Assembly (NCBI GenBank): GCA_964417925.1
Contig: CAYQJV010000005.1
Location: 176-64,175, forward strand
Origin: an uncultured bacterium
GTDB taxonomy: Bacteria > Hydrothermota > Tepidihabitantia > B3-TA06 > CAYQJV01
Direction: 5' to 3'
Length of the DNA stretch: 64,000 nt
Below the pieces are notes generated by a model. The model saw only the letters and a program-made list of their open reading frames with translations, searched no databases and was not told the origin of the DNA. Each line of letters opens with the position of its first letter. Position 1 is the stretch's first letter. The position numbers and the translations under genes were made by a program. Of the stretch, positions 27,481 through 37,680 are shown one piece after another.

Positions 27481-28305
27481 ATGGGAAAGTACTTGAAGAT
27501 ATTATGTACACTGGTGTTTTTCTTCTATTGCAATCCTATTTTTTCTCCCTTAGGACTTGTAGAAATAAAAGGAGTAATAGAAAATCCCGAAGAAATAATA
27601 AAGGAAATAAATTTTTTTAAAAACAATCCACAGATCAAAGGTGTTTTAGTTAGAATAGAATCACCTGGAGGAAGTGTTGCAGCATCTCAAGAGATATATG
27701 AAGCCTTAAAAGAGTTAAAGAAATGTGGGAAAAAAATAGTAGTTTCCATGGGAAATATTGCAGCTTCTGGTGGATATTATGTCGCGCTTCCTGCGGATGT
27801 AATAGTTGCAAATCCGGGGACAGTAACTGGATCAATTGGTGTGATAGTAGAATACCCGGTGGTTGAGAAACTTTTAAAAAAAGTTGGAGTGGATGTTGAG
27901 GTAATAAAGTCTTCTGAGTTTAAAGATATTCTTTCACCATTTAGAAGGCCAAAGGAAAAAGAAAAAAATATATTGAAGAACGTAGTAATGGATATATACG
28001 ATCAGTTTGTGGAAAAAGTGGCAAGGGAAAGAAAGATTCCTGTAGATAGTGTAAAAAAAATAGCAGATGGAAGAATAATGTCCGGGAGGGAGGCTTTGAA
28101 ATTAGGATTGGTTGACAGCTTAGGAGGTATAGAAAAAGCAAAAAAAATCCTTGCTAAATTATGTAAGGTAAAGGAACCGGTTAAACTTTTCAAATTAAAA
28201 AAGAAGAAATCCTTACTTAAAGAGATTATAGAAGGAAGTATATTTTGTACTGACCTTCTTCCCATCAGGCCTTATCCAGTGCTTAAGTATTTGTATAAAC
28301 TTTGA
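27481..28305 (+). CDS. sppA: signal peptide peptidase SppA (36K type)
   Basis: ESPGGSVAASQEIYEAL and GNIAASGGYY (Ser) motifs of S49 family; start moved to ATG 27481 because ORF-track start overlaps the tRNA. Confidence 0.8.
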   Translation: MGKYLKILCTLVFFFYCNPIFSPLGLVEIKGVIENPEEIIKEINFFKNNPQIKGVLVRIESPGGSVAASQEIYEALKELKKCGKKIVVSMGNIAASGGYYVALPADVIVANPGTVTGSIGVIVEYPVVEKLLKKVGVDVEVIKSSEFKDILSPFRRPKEKEKNILKNVVMDIYDQFVEKVARERKIPVDSVKKIADGRIMSGREALKLGLVDSLGGIEKAKKILAKLCKVKEPVKLFKLKKKKSLLKEIIEGSIFCTDLLPIRPYPVLKYLYKL

Positions 28306-31300
28306 AAGAGAATAAAGTTTATATTCCTCTTGTACCTCCTACAGTATTAACTAAATACATAGAAACAAAAAATAACTTCATTACAAAAAGAAAATCTATT
28401 CTTCTATTAACCGACATCTCTGGTTTTACAAAGTATACAGAAAGTCTTGTAGGAAGGAAAAAAGAGAATATAGAAAACATAACGAAAATTCTTAACCAGC
28501 ATTTTGAAACCATGGATAAAGAAGTTTCAAGATATAAAGGCTTCCTGGTAAGGTATGCAGGGGATTCTATGCTTGCAATGTTTGGAGGAGAAAAAGCCCA
28601 AGAAAGGGCCATAGAGGCAGGATGGAGAATAATAGATTCCATGGAAAAATTAAAAAAAGAGGAAGGACTGGATATAAAGGTAATAATAGGTGGAGGTGAA
28701 TTTTACGAAATGGTACTTGGAGACGAAGAAAAAAGAGAGTGGGCAATAACAGGAAGAGTAATTTCAGAAATGGCATCGGTAGAAAAACAGGTAGAAGCTG
28801 GAAATGTAATGGTAAAAAAAGAAATATATCAGGAAAAATTCCCTGAAATAGAAGAACCTCCTAAGATAACTGTTGAAGATGTTAAAGTATTTTATCCCGC
28901 CTCTCTTGAAAGACTTCCAGATACCACATTTAGGGGAGAGTATAGAATTGCAGCTACTGTATTTATAAATATTTATGGCTATGATGAAGAAAATCCTCAA
29001 TTTGAAGAGTTAAACAACTTTTTCATCTATATAAAGAATCAGGCAAAAAAATATGGAGGAATAGTTAACAAAATAGATATACATCATGAAGGGATAAAGA
29101 TAATGGTCGTTTTCGGAGCTCCTTTTGCAATAGCAGAGGAATACTTGAAAGCAGTAGAATTTGCAAGAAAAATAGTACATTACAAAACATCTTTAAAAAC
29201 AAAAGGTACAGTAGGACATGGGTATGTGTATGCAGGCTTTATTGGAGGAGACAGAAAAGAATACACCATCATAGGAAGTTCTGTAAATACCTCTGCAAAA
29301 CTTTTGTCTTTTACTGCGAACAGAGAGATAATTATTTCTGAAGAGTTAAAAAAGAATCTTGAAGATGTTTATTCTTTCCTAAAGAAAGGGACCTTTGAAG
29401 TTCCTGGGATAGAAAAGAAAATTTGGTATTATAAATTACTGGATATAAAAAAAGAAAAAAAAGAAAAGATTACAGAATCCAGAGAAAAGATAATTAATAA
29501 AATTTTAAAAGAAATGGGAAAAAAAGAAAACAAAGTATTTATTATAGAAGGAGTAAGGGGGACAGGAAAATCTTTTATTGCAGATGCCATCATTCAAAAA
29601 TATAAAGGAAATTGGATTAATATAAGAGGAGAAGAAGGTATAGCCTATGAACTGTTCCGAAAGATTCTTGAAACAAATGCCGGGATTGAAATCCAGGATG
29701 ATAAAAAGAAAATTCAAAAAAAGTTAAATATGCATTTTCTATCGCTTAACCTCCCTCCTGAGTTTGAAAAAAAGATTCCCTTTATAGAAACTGTAATATT
29801 TGGGATTGAGCATCCAGAATTTATCATCACAAACTACCCTCCAGAACTGATAAAAGAAAACCTAAAAGAGGCATTCCGGATTTATTTAACACAGCTGTTT
29901 TATAATTCTCCTTTTCTATTGGTAGTGGATGACTTCCATAAAATGGATAAAGAAAGCATAGAAATTATCAGCCATTTTTTGAAAGGTATAGAACTGACAA
30001 AGGAAAAGGGAATTACAATGCTTTTTACGATGCTTCCCGAAGTTAACGAAACGTGGAAAGGCTATTCTAATGTGGAAATATTCAGGCTTCCAAGTTTTTC
30101 AAAAGAAGAGATAAAAGAACTGGGGCTTTTTTATTTCAACAAAGAACCTTCAGAAGATTTTGTTGAATTTTTATGGGGGAAAACCAAGGGGAACCCATCT
30201 TACACCATTCATATGATGGAACATATATTAAGAGAGCATCTCTTTAAAATAGATGAAAAGGTCCAACTTGCAGAAACAGCTAAACTCCAGGAAATACCTG
30301 AAACGGTGTATGGATTACTAATGTCTAAGGTTGATACTTTGCCCTTAGAAACCAAGGAGATTTTAAAAATAGGAGCAGTATACGGATTAAATTTTTCACT
30401 AAGCATTATCAAGAGGATCACCAAAAAGGAGAACATTCAATCCCTGCTCTCATTTGCATTAAAAGAAGGACTTATTTTAAAATTTTCAAATGGCGATGTA
30501 GAATATTTATTTGCAGAATCCATGACAAGAGAAGCGGTTTACAACTCTCTTTTATTGGAAGAAAGAAAAAAATTGCATAACCAGATTGCAGAAGAGGTTG
30601 AGAAAATGTATAAAGATACTGAAAGATTTTATCCTTTCCTTGCGCATCATTTCCATCAAGCAGAAATTTGGGAAAAAGCGTTCTGGTATTACTATCTTGC
30701 AGGAAAAGAAGATGCAAAATTCTATCGTAATGAACAAGCAGTAGAGAATCTTAGTAGAGCAATAGATATATGGAATGAAAAACTTGAAAATTCAGAGTAC
30801 AGAAAGGAAATATATGAATGCTATAAAACCAGAGGAATGGTAAATCTTTACTTAGGAAATCACCAGGATACATTGAATGATTTTTCAAAAGCAATTTCTT
30901 TTGCCAAGGAAAATAAAATGCTAAAAGAAGAAGTAGATTCTTTAAATAGATATGCAGATGTATTACTTGAGATAAGAAATAAAAAAGGTATAGATTATGC
31001 TACTCAAGCCCTTCAAAAAAGTAAAGAGATAGATTATATAAAAGGGATAGGCGATAGCTTCAGAGTAATGGGTAAGTACTACTTCTATATAGAAAATTCT
31101 CCTCAAAAATCCTTTGAATTCTTTAGTAAAGCAATGGAAAATTATTTGAGAGATCCTGCACTTAAAAAGGAATTGCTATCTGCATACATAGACCTTGCAG
31201 TAAATATGCGGAAACTTGCACAACCTCATAAAGCAGTAAAATTCTTTAACAAAGCAAAGGAACTTGCTGAAACCACAGGAGTGAAACATCTTGAACTTGT

Positions 31301-32708
31301 AACTTTAAGAAACATGGGGCATCTTTATTACGACGCAGGAGATATTAATAAAGCAGAAGAGTTATTGCAGAACGCTTTAAACATAGCTATGGAAATAGGG
31401 CATAGGGAAGAAAGTACAAAACTCATCACAGACCTTGCTAAAATAAAAATTACTCAGACGAAATTTAAAGAAGCAGTTGAACTACTCCAAAAGGCAAAGG
31501 AAAATCTACAATTTTTAAAATCAAAAAGGATTGAGGGTGAAATTGAAAAAGGACTTGGGTATGTAAACTTTTATACTGGAAACTATAATACTGCGTTAAT
31601 GCATTTTAAAGATGCAGCAAAAATATTTGAAGAAATAGATGAACCAAACGAACTTGTTGATTCCATGATAAACATTTCAATGATAGAAACTGTAAAAGAG
31701 GAGTTCAAAAAGGCACGTACGGATGTTGAAAAAACATTAGAAATAGCAAAAAGATTGAATAATCCATTTATTGAAGCTCAAGCTTTAAATATATTATCCA
31801 CCATACAACTCCATTACGGAGATTTTGAAAATGCGTATTCATCTGCAGAGCAATCAGTAGAAATAAGAAAGAAACTGAACGATCCCTGGGGAACTGCAGA
31901 AAGTCTTCTCACACTTATAGATGTCTGCTGGCAGATGGAACAATGGGAAAAGGGAATAGGATACTGTAATGAAACAGTTGAAATAGCAAGAACTCAGAAT
32001 CCTTTAATGGTATGTGATGCGATGAATGTAAAAGGAAGGATTCTTATAGACGCAGGTGACTATGAACAGGCGGAAAGAGTTTTATCTACTACCCTAAAAA
32101 TAGCAGAACAAACAAAAAGCATTGAGCATCTATTTAAAGTTCAATATAGCATTGGAAAGTTATACTTAGAACAAAAAAGGATAGAAAAAGTACTTGAAAT
32201 ACTGCCAAATCTTTATTCTGCCAACCAAAGTTTAAAATCGTATAACATAGATTTTCAAACTCGTATGATTTCTGCAGAAATTCACATAATCCAAAATAAT
32301 CCTAATGCATCCATTGAAGTATTAAAACCACCTGATGAGTGGGAAAAAGATAAACTCAGTTTTATCAACTTAATAGAAGGCTGGCTACTTTATACAAAAG
32401 CCCTCTTGGAAAAAAGAAACCTTGAGCTTGTGGAAGAATGCATAGTGAAATTAAAAAATATCATAAAAGGTAAAAATCTTTTATACAAGACCGCTTTAAT
32501 GCTTTTGTTAGAATACAATACTCAAAAATATAAATTGGAAAACAAGGCAAAGTTTGTACGTTTTATTATAAGTATGATAAACCCTTCGGTTAAAAGGATC
32601 TATAAAACACTACAAGAAGTTATAAAAAAGAAAGCAGATGAATTAAAGGAATTGAAGCCTTTTTATCTGAAAAAATGGGGTGCCATCCGATTTATAGATG
32701 AGAATTAG
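28302..32708 (+). CDS. 1468-aa signalling protein: tandem class-III nucleotidyl-cyclase homology domains + STAND/AAA NTPase + TPR repeats
   Basis: CHD1 has metal Asps (LLTDISGFT, YAGDSML); CHD2 lacks them but keeps GSSVNTSAKL (Asn, Lys); Walker A GVRGTGKS; long C-terminal TPR array. Confidence 0.8.
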   Translation: MKENKVYIPLVPPTVLTKYIETKNNFITKRKSILLLTDISGFTKYTESLVGRKKENIENITKILNQHFETMDKEVSRYKGFLVRYAGDSMLAMFGGEKAQERAIEAGWRIIDSMEKLKKEEGLDIKVIIGGGEFYEMVLGDEEKREWAITGRVISEMASVEKQVEAGNVMVKKEIYQEKFPEIEEPPKITVEDVKVFYPASLERLPDTTFRGEYRIAATVFINIYGYDEENPQFEELNNFFIYIKNQAKKYGGIVNKIDIHHEGIKIMVVFGAPFAIAEEYLKAVEFARKIVHYKTSLKTKGTVGHGYVYAGFIGGDRKEYTIIGSSVNTSAKLLSFTANREIIISEELKKNLEDVYSFLKKGTFEVPGIEKKIWYYKLLDIKKEKKEKITESREKIINKILKEMGKKENKVFIIEGVRGTGKSFIADAIIQKYKGNWINIRGEEGIAYELFRKILETNAGIEIQDDKKKIQKKLNMHFLSLNLPPEFEKKIPFIETVIFGIEHPEFIITNYPPELIKENLKEAFRIYLTQLFYNSPFLLVVDDFHKMDKESIEIISHFLKGIELTKEKGITMLFTMLPEVNETWKGYSNVEIFRLPSFSKEEIKELGLFYFNKEPSEDFVEFLWGKTKGNPSYTIHMMEHILREHLFKIDEKVQLAETAKLQEIPETVYGLLMSKVDTLPLETKEILKIGAVYGLNFSLSIIKRITKKENIQSLLSFALKEGLILKFSNGDVEYLFAESMTREAVYNSLLLEERKKLHNQIAEEVEKMYKDTERFYPFLAHHFHQAEIWEKAFWYYYLAGKEDAKFYRNEQAVENLSRAIDIWNEKLENSEYRKEIYECYKTRGMVNLYLGNHQDTLNDFSKAISFAKENKMLKEEVDSLNRYADVLLEIRNKKGIDYATQALQKSKEIDYIKGIGDSFRVMGKYYFYIENSPQKSFEFFSKAMENYLRDPALKKELLSAYIDLAVNMRKLAQPHKAVKFFNKAKELAETTGVKHLELVTLRNMGHLYYDAGDINKAEELLQNALNIAMEIGHREESTKLITDLAKIKITQTKFKEAVELLQKAKENLQFLKSKRIEGEIEKGLGYVNFYTGNYNTALMHFKDAAKIFEEIDEPNELVDSMINISMIETVKEEFKKARTDVEKTLEIAKRLNNPFIEAQALNILSTIQLHYGDFENAYSSAEQSVEIRKKLNDPWGTAESLLTLIDVCWQMEQWEKGIGYCNETVEIARTQNPLMVCDAMNVKGRILIDAGDYEQAERVLSTTLKIAEQTKSIEHLFKVQYSIGKLYLEQKRIEKVLEILPNLYSANQSLKSYNIDFQTRMISAEIHIIQNNPNASIEVLKPPDEWEKDKLSFINLIEGWLLYTKALLEKRNLELVEECIVKLKNIIKGKNLLYKTALMLLLEYNTQKYKLENKAKFVRFIISMINPSVKRIYKTLQEVIKKKADELKELKPFYLKKWGAIRFIDEN

Positions 32709-33568
32709 TAACCCGCAACTCCCTGCTTTGTCTGGAATGCCCATCTAACTACCGCCTTCCAGGTGTTTCCATCCTTCCAGATGGAGTCTACAACAATTTT
32801 ACCATAGTAGTTATCCCATGTGGCTATCTCGTATATCATACCAACCGATACCTTCATACTATCCGAATAATTTGAAGTATTGGCTTCTCCTTCTATATGC
32901 TCATACCATTCTTCTGCAGATTTATTAGGATTTCTAATATAAGCATCGTTTCCACTATCCCACATCTTCTTAGGAGATTTAAAAACAAGGTAAGGTTTAT
33001 CATCTGGAACAAGGTCTACTACAAAGTCTATTTTATCTTTATTTTCTTCTACAGCCTCACACACCTCAGGATGCCCTGTATTTCTATTGAAACCAAATGC
33101 ATTCATATTACCTGCGGTGAGAAGTATTGCACCCCAGGAAAGTTCCATTGTTCCCGTGGGTCTTGGATAAAAGGCATAAAGTCGTGAACCTTCATCAAGA
33201 GGATCACCTTCCACCACTGCTCTTATCTGTACAACGTATTTAGTTCCGTTGCTCAATCCCTCTACTGTTTGAATGGTGTTTTCAGTTATTGGAACATTGT
33301 TAACTTTATATTCCTCTGCTTCTTCTGCAGAAAGATCTTTTAAGGAGGAGTCTTCGCTCACATATACATTTATTCCATCCATTCCTTGAGGAAGCTCCTC
33401 AGGAAGTCCTTCAATAACTATGTCAACCTTCTGGTCATCGGGACGGTTTTCAACATCTAAACTATCAACAATTTCTTTTATCTTCGTTATATCTGGTGGT
33501 TTTGGTATACAAGCAAGACCTATAAATAAAACTGTAATCAATAACACTATAAACTTTTTCATATACAC
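32705..33568 (-). CDS. lipoprotein of unknown function (lipobox GLAC)
   Basis: Signal peptide plus Cys, acidic secreted domain; stop codon overlaps the stop of the convergent 28302-32708 gene. Confidence 0.6.
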   Translation of the reverse strand: MYMKKFIVLLITVLFIGLACIPKPPDITKIKEIVDSLDVENRPDDQKVDIVIEGLPEELPQGMDGINVYVSEDSSLKDLSAEEAEEYKVNNVPITENTIQTVEGLSNGTKYVVQIRAVVEGDPLDEGSRLYAFYPRPTGTMELSWGAILLTAGNMNAFGFNRNTGHPEVCEAVEENKDKIDFVVDLVPDDKPYLVFKSPKKMWDSGNDAYIRNPNKSAEEWYEHIEGEANTSNYSDSMKVSVGMIYEIATWDNYYGKIVVDSIWKDGNTWKAVVRWAFQTKQGVAGY

Positions 33569-33639
33569 CTCCTTGTTATTAAAGAACGGATGGCACCCCT
33601 TTTATTTTATCTTTTAGAATTTTCTTGTCAAGCAAATTT

Positions 33640-36600
33640 TCATACTACACTCTTTAACTCTTTGCTTAATCTTATGATCTCTCTTATAATAAATAGATTA
33701 TTATAAAATTTTCTTCTGTATTCCTGTGGAATGCTTTTTATCTCTTCTTTTAGAAATTCAAGAGATTTTTTTATATATTTTTTTGCATGCAAAATTTTTT
33801 TATGAAAAAGCAGTATGCGAATATGAACATATAAAAGTATTAATTCCCCTGCCTTTTCCTTCCTCTCCTCCCTTAAACTCTTACAGGAAAGGTAAAAAGC
33901 CTTAAGAGGAGCTTCCTCTATATAAGAAAGAGCAAGATAGGAGAGAAGGATGGGAAAATATCTTGTGTATCCTGTTTCTTGAGCAACTTTTATACATCTA
34001 TTTATAAGTTTTCTTGCCTTATCGTACTCTTTTTTAAGAAGCATCACCCACGAAAGATGTTTTAAGTTTTCCATTACCCAAGATTTGTCTCCTATTTTCT
34101 CAAAAATTACAAGTGATCCTTTTAAAAATCTTTCTGCCTTTTCCAACTCTCCGGTGTTTAAATACAAAAATCCAATATTTGAAAGCACGGAAGCAATTCC
34201 AGGCTTTTCATTGAGTTTCACTCTTATCCGATACGCCTCCCAGTAATATTTAAGAGCCTTCTCTAAATCTCCTAATCTCCCATATAAAGAGGCTAAGTTT
34301 GCATAACGGTATGCGGCGCTTCTGCGGTAGTTGAATTTAACTGCGTAATCCAGTACCTGTTCCATTACTTTTATCGCTTCCTTATATCTTTTCAAAAGTA
34401 TAAGCATCGTACCTTCATTTCCTTTTACCCTCAACCAAGTATGCATATCTCCTGATTTATACGCCATCTCTGCTGCTTCTTTAAAGTAGTGATACGCTCT
34501 ACCAAAGTCACCTTTATGGTAAAAGTACGTCGCTTTTTGAGCAAGAATATGGGCTTTTTGGTAAATATCCACCTTACCTGACTTTTCCGCTTTTTCTATC
34601 CATTCTGCTGCTTTTTCCAGTTCTCCCTCTGTGATAAGATACAACGAAAGATTTAACATGTTGCGGTAATCTTCACTTATGGAAGGAGAAGACTCTATTG
34701 CCTCGGCTGTCTCCTTTATGGCCTCCCGGATATTGCCAATTCGGTAAAGAACATTTCCATATTCGTATTTTACCAATTTATACAGTACTGGCAATTTATC
34801 TTTATGAAGCGTCACATCATTTTTTAGATTTTGAAAGATCTCCGCTGCTTTTTTGTTGTTTTCTAACACATACATCTCATACTCTGCAGTATAATAACGA
34901 AGTTTAAACCGATACTCTATTTCATTAAGCACTAGGGTGAGCCCTTCCATTACTTTAAGATAATAAAGAATCTTATCCCTTTTACGAAGTTTTATTAAAC
35001 TTTTTAAAATTTTCTCAATCAAAAGGAAACTTTCCTTATAAAGGCTTTTTTTATCAGTATAAACTTTATTCATGTTAACAAGTGCATTTTCATAAAACTT
35101 AAATGCCTCTTCAAATGAATAGTTGTGATACGCTCTATCTCCTGCCTCTATTAAATAAGGAAGTGCCTTTTCCCAATTCTCGGCTCTTGAATAGTGGAAA
35201 GCCACTGCTTCTATAAACTCCTTGTTGTAGTTCAACCGTTTTTCATACCACTCTGCTATCAAGTTATGGAACCTTCTCCTTTCTCTGAAAGGCAAAAGAT
35301 TGTAAGCAGTATTCCTTATAAGCTCATGTTTAAAAAGGTATTTAAGTCTTTCAGGTTCGTATATCAAGCCATAATTTTTTAAAGAATTAAGTACAAAACG
35401 AAGATTTTCTTTTATTTCTGGGTTAAGATATTCTGCTATCTTAAAATCAAACTCCTGTCCAACCACCGAAAGCCTCTTCAGTGTGTCCTTCTCTTCTGCA
35501 CCAAGAAGATCTATCCTTGCAAGGATAAGTGAATATATAGTAGAAGGAAATTCCTCCTTTTTCTCTGTTTTTAATACATGTTTAGTAAGTTCCTCCAAAA
35601 AGAATGGATTACCCGCACCTATCCTTATTACTTCTTCAGGAACCGAAACATCTCCTGCTATAGATTTTATGATTTTATCTGCACTTTCAGGTGAAATTTC
35701 TCTTAATCGGAGTTGAAACCTGTGTTGTAGTGTAGCAAATGACCTTTCAATTCTTTCCTCTGGCCTTTGGGAAATAATAAAAAGTATGGGGAATCCTTTT
35801 AAACCCGAGTAGAGATAGTTTATTAATTCTACAGTAGCATTATCAAGCCATTGTGCATCGTCAATTGCAAATATTGTGGGAGTCTCTTTTAATCTCTGTT
35901 TTAGGATATCAAGCACGAGTAAAGAAAATTTATCTTTTATATTGCTTATTGTAGGACTTTTATCTCCCTTCCATCCCAATACCTGCATGAAAAGCTCTCT
36001 TTCCCATTCTTCTTTACCCAGTCTTTTGAAGATTCTATCCATCTCTCTTCTATACCTTACTTCATCAAAACTGTATGGAAGAGTAAAAAAATCTTTAAAA
36101 AATGCTCTAAAAGGAAAATAAGGAACATCTTGATAGAATACAGAGCCTTTAAGCATGTATGTCTTTATACCTAATTTTTCGGCCTTTTTCTTTATCTCAT
36201 GAATAAACCTTGTTTTTCCCATCCCTGCTTGAGCAATTATATGAACTAAACTTCTATTACCTTCAATACTTTTTGATAATATTTGCATCACCTCCAATAC
36301 CTCTTTTTCTCGCCCTACAAAAGGAGTAAAATAGAAAGGTTTGCTCTTCTTTTCTTTTGTAAGAATCCAAGCATCCTTTAAAAAGTTTGTTTTCTCAAGT
36401 AACAGGGAGTGTTTCTTCTTAAATAAAAACAAAACTCCGCTTTTCTTTTTTACCTCATCCCCTACTAATACTTCCTCAACTTTTGCTATTCTAAGCAATC
36501 TTTCTGCCTTGTTCACCGAGTTTCCTATTATGGTAAACTCTTTTCTATTTTTACTTCCTATGGTTCCTGCAAAACTTCTACCCGATGTAACGGAAATTTT

Positions 36601-37578
36601 AAAAGCAACTTTTTTCTCTTCTAAAAACTTTTTAATCTCAAGACCCGCATAAAGAGCGGGAATCCCTGGTTCTTCTTTTAGCGCAGGTAATCCAAATACT
36701 GCCATTATTCGGCTACCTTTAAAATATGGCTCAACCTTATTTATGAATCCTCCAAATCTTTCCACTATCTCATCCACCTTACTAAATACCGCAGAGTAAA
36801 AATCCGCATCTATGGGAAGGTTCCACCAGTTTATAAACAACGTGGCCATATACCGATGTTCATCCGAAAAATCCATTATTTTGGAGTGCGGAAGAAATTT
36901 AAGCATCTGTTCCGTGTCCTTAAAATCAACCGTTGAAGTAAAAGATGGTATCTTTCTTGATATCTCAGAGATGTTTGGAAATTCTGATGGCTCTATTGCT
37001 CTATACCTTCCAATACGCCTACCTATGGGGTTCTTTGGACCCTTATTATAGAAACTCTCCACCACCACGATTTCTCCAGGTCTTGCTATAGCCTCTGCAA
37101 TCATTGCCTGGGATGGAACCTCTCCAATTATTACCCTCTCCTTCCTTTCTTTACCTTCAACCAGAATTTCATAAAATTCTCCTGCGCTTACTCCAGCAGA
37201 AACTGAAAGTATAAACTCCTTTCCATCTATATTTAATTTCTTTCTATGCCATTTTAAGATTACACTCTTCAGCAATGAGAGTACATCATCTCTATAATCC
37301 ATAGGAAAATAAAAAAGTAATCCATCCCCACTAAACTTCAAAAGCACTCCACCTCCCTCCCTCATGGAGGCGATGATATCTCCAAAATAATCGTTGAGTA
37401 TCTCAACAAGTTGTTCTATACCTTGAGAGCCTTTTTTATCAAAGTAATCGGTCAAGGCAGAAAAACCAGAAATATCCAAAAATATTATAATTCCTTGCTC
37501 TTTGATTTTCCCGCCCTTGTGTACCTTCTCTATAAAAGAGGTCATATCCTTGGGGAAATATACAGATATTTCATTCAT
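33640..37578 (-). CDS. 1312-aa paralogous tandem-cyclase-homology/STAND NTPase/TPR protein
   Basis: CHD1 IIFLDISGFS and FSGDGLL; CHD2 TIIGNSVNKAERL (Asn, Arg); Walker A AQAGMGKT; TPR-rich C-terminus. Confidence 0.8.
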   Translation of the reverse strand: MNEISVYFPKDMTSFIEKVHKGGKIKEQGIIIFLDISGFSALTDYFDKKGSQGIEQLVEILNDYFGDIIASMREGGGVLLKFSGDGLLFYFPMDYRDDVLSLLKSVILKWHRKKLNIDGKEFILSVSAGVSAGEFYEILVEGKERKERVIIGEVPSQAMIAEAIARPGEIVVVESFYNKGPKNPIGRRIGRYRAIEPSEFPNISEISRKIPSFTSTVDFKDTEQMLKFLPHSKIMDFSDEHRYMATLFINWWNLPIDADFYSAVFSKVDEIVERFGGFINKVEPYFKGSRIMAVFGLPALKEEPGIPALYAGLEIKKFLEEKKVAFKISVTSGRSFAGTIGSKNRKEFTIIGNSVNKAERLLRIAKVEEVLVGDEVKKKSGVLFLFKKKHSLLLEKTNFLKDAWILTKEKKSKPFYFTPFVGREKEVLEVMQILSKSIEGNRSLVHIIAQAGMGKTRFIHEIKKKAEKLGIKTYMLKGSVFYQDVPYFPFRAFFKDFFTLPYSFDEVRYRREMDRIFKRLGKEEWERELFMQVLGWKGDKSPTISNIKDKFSLLVLDILKQRLKETPTIFAIDDAQWLDNATVELINYLYSGLKGFPILFIISQRPEERIERSFATLQHRFQLRLREISPESADKIIKSIAGDVSVPEEVIRIGAGNPFFLEELTKHVLKTEKKEEFPSTIYSLILARIDLLGAEEKDTLKRLSVVGQEFDFKIAEYLNPEIKENLRFVLNSLKNYGLIYEPERLKYLFKHELIRNTAYNLLPFRERRRFHNLIAEWYEKRLNYNKEFIEAVAFHYSRAENWEKALPYLIEAGDRAYHNYSFEEAFKFYENALVNMNKVYTDKKSLYKESFLLIEKILKSLIKLRKRDKILYYLKVMEGLTLVLNEIEYRFKLRYYTAEYEMYVLENNKKAAEIFQNLKNDVTLHKDKLPVLYKLVKYEYGNVLYRIGNIREAIKETAEAIESSPSISEDYRNMLNLSLYLITEGELEKAAEWIEKAEKSGKVDIYQKAHILAQKATYFYHKGDFGRAYHYFKEAAEMAYKSGDMHTWLRVKGNEGTMLILLKRYKEAIKVMEQVLDYAVKFNYRRSAAYRYANLASLYGRLGDLEKALKYYWEAYRIRVKLNEKPGIASVLSNIGFLYLNTGELEKAERFLKGSLVIFEKIGDKSWVMENLKHLSWVMLLKKEYDKARKLINRCIKVAQETGYTRYFPILLSYLALSYIEEAPLKAFYLSCKSLREERKEKAGELILLYVHIRILLFHKKILHAKKYIKKSLEFLKEEIKSIPQEYRRKFYNNLFIIREIIRLSKELKSVV

Positions 37579-37600
37579 TTAATTTAATATATTGCTGAAT

Positions 37601-37623
37601 ATTAATTTGTCAAACAAATTAAT
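37601..37623. promoter_or_regulatory. perfect 9-bp inverted repeat ATTAATTTG-N5-CAAATTAAT in divergent promoter region
   Basis: Palindrome between divergent 33640-37578(-) and yitT(+); TTGACA at 37643-37648 downstream; candidate operator. Confidence 0.35.
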
Positions 37624-37680
37624 GCATCAAAAGTTGTATTATTGACAAAAGATATCCATTGAGTAAACTTATAACTCATT

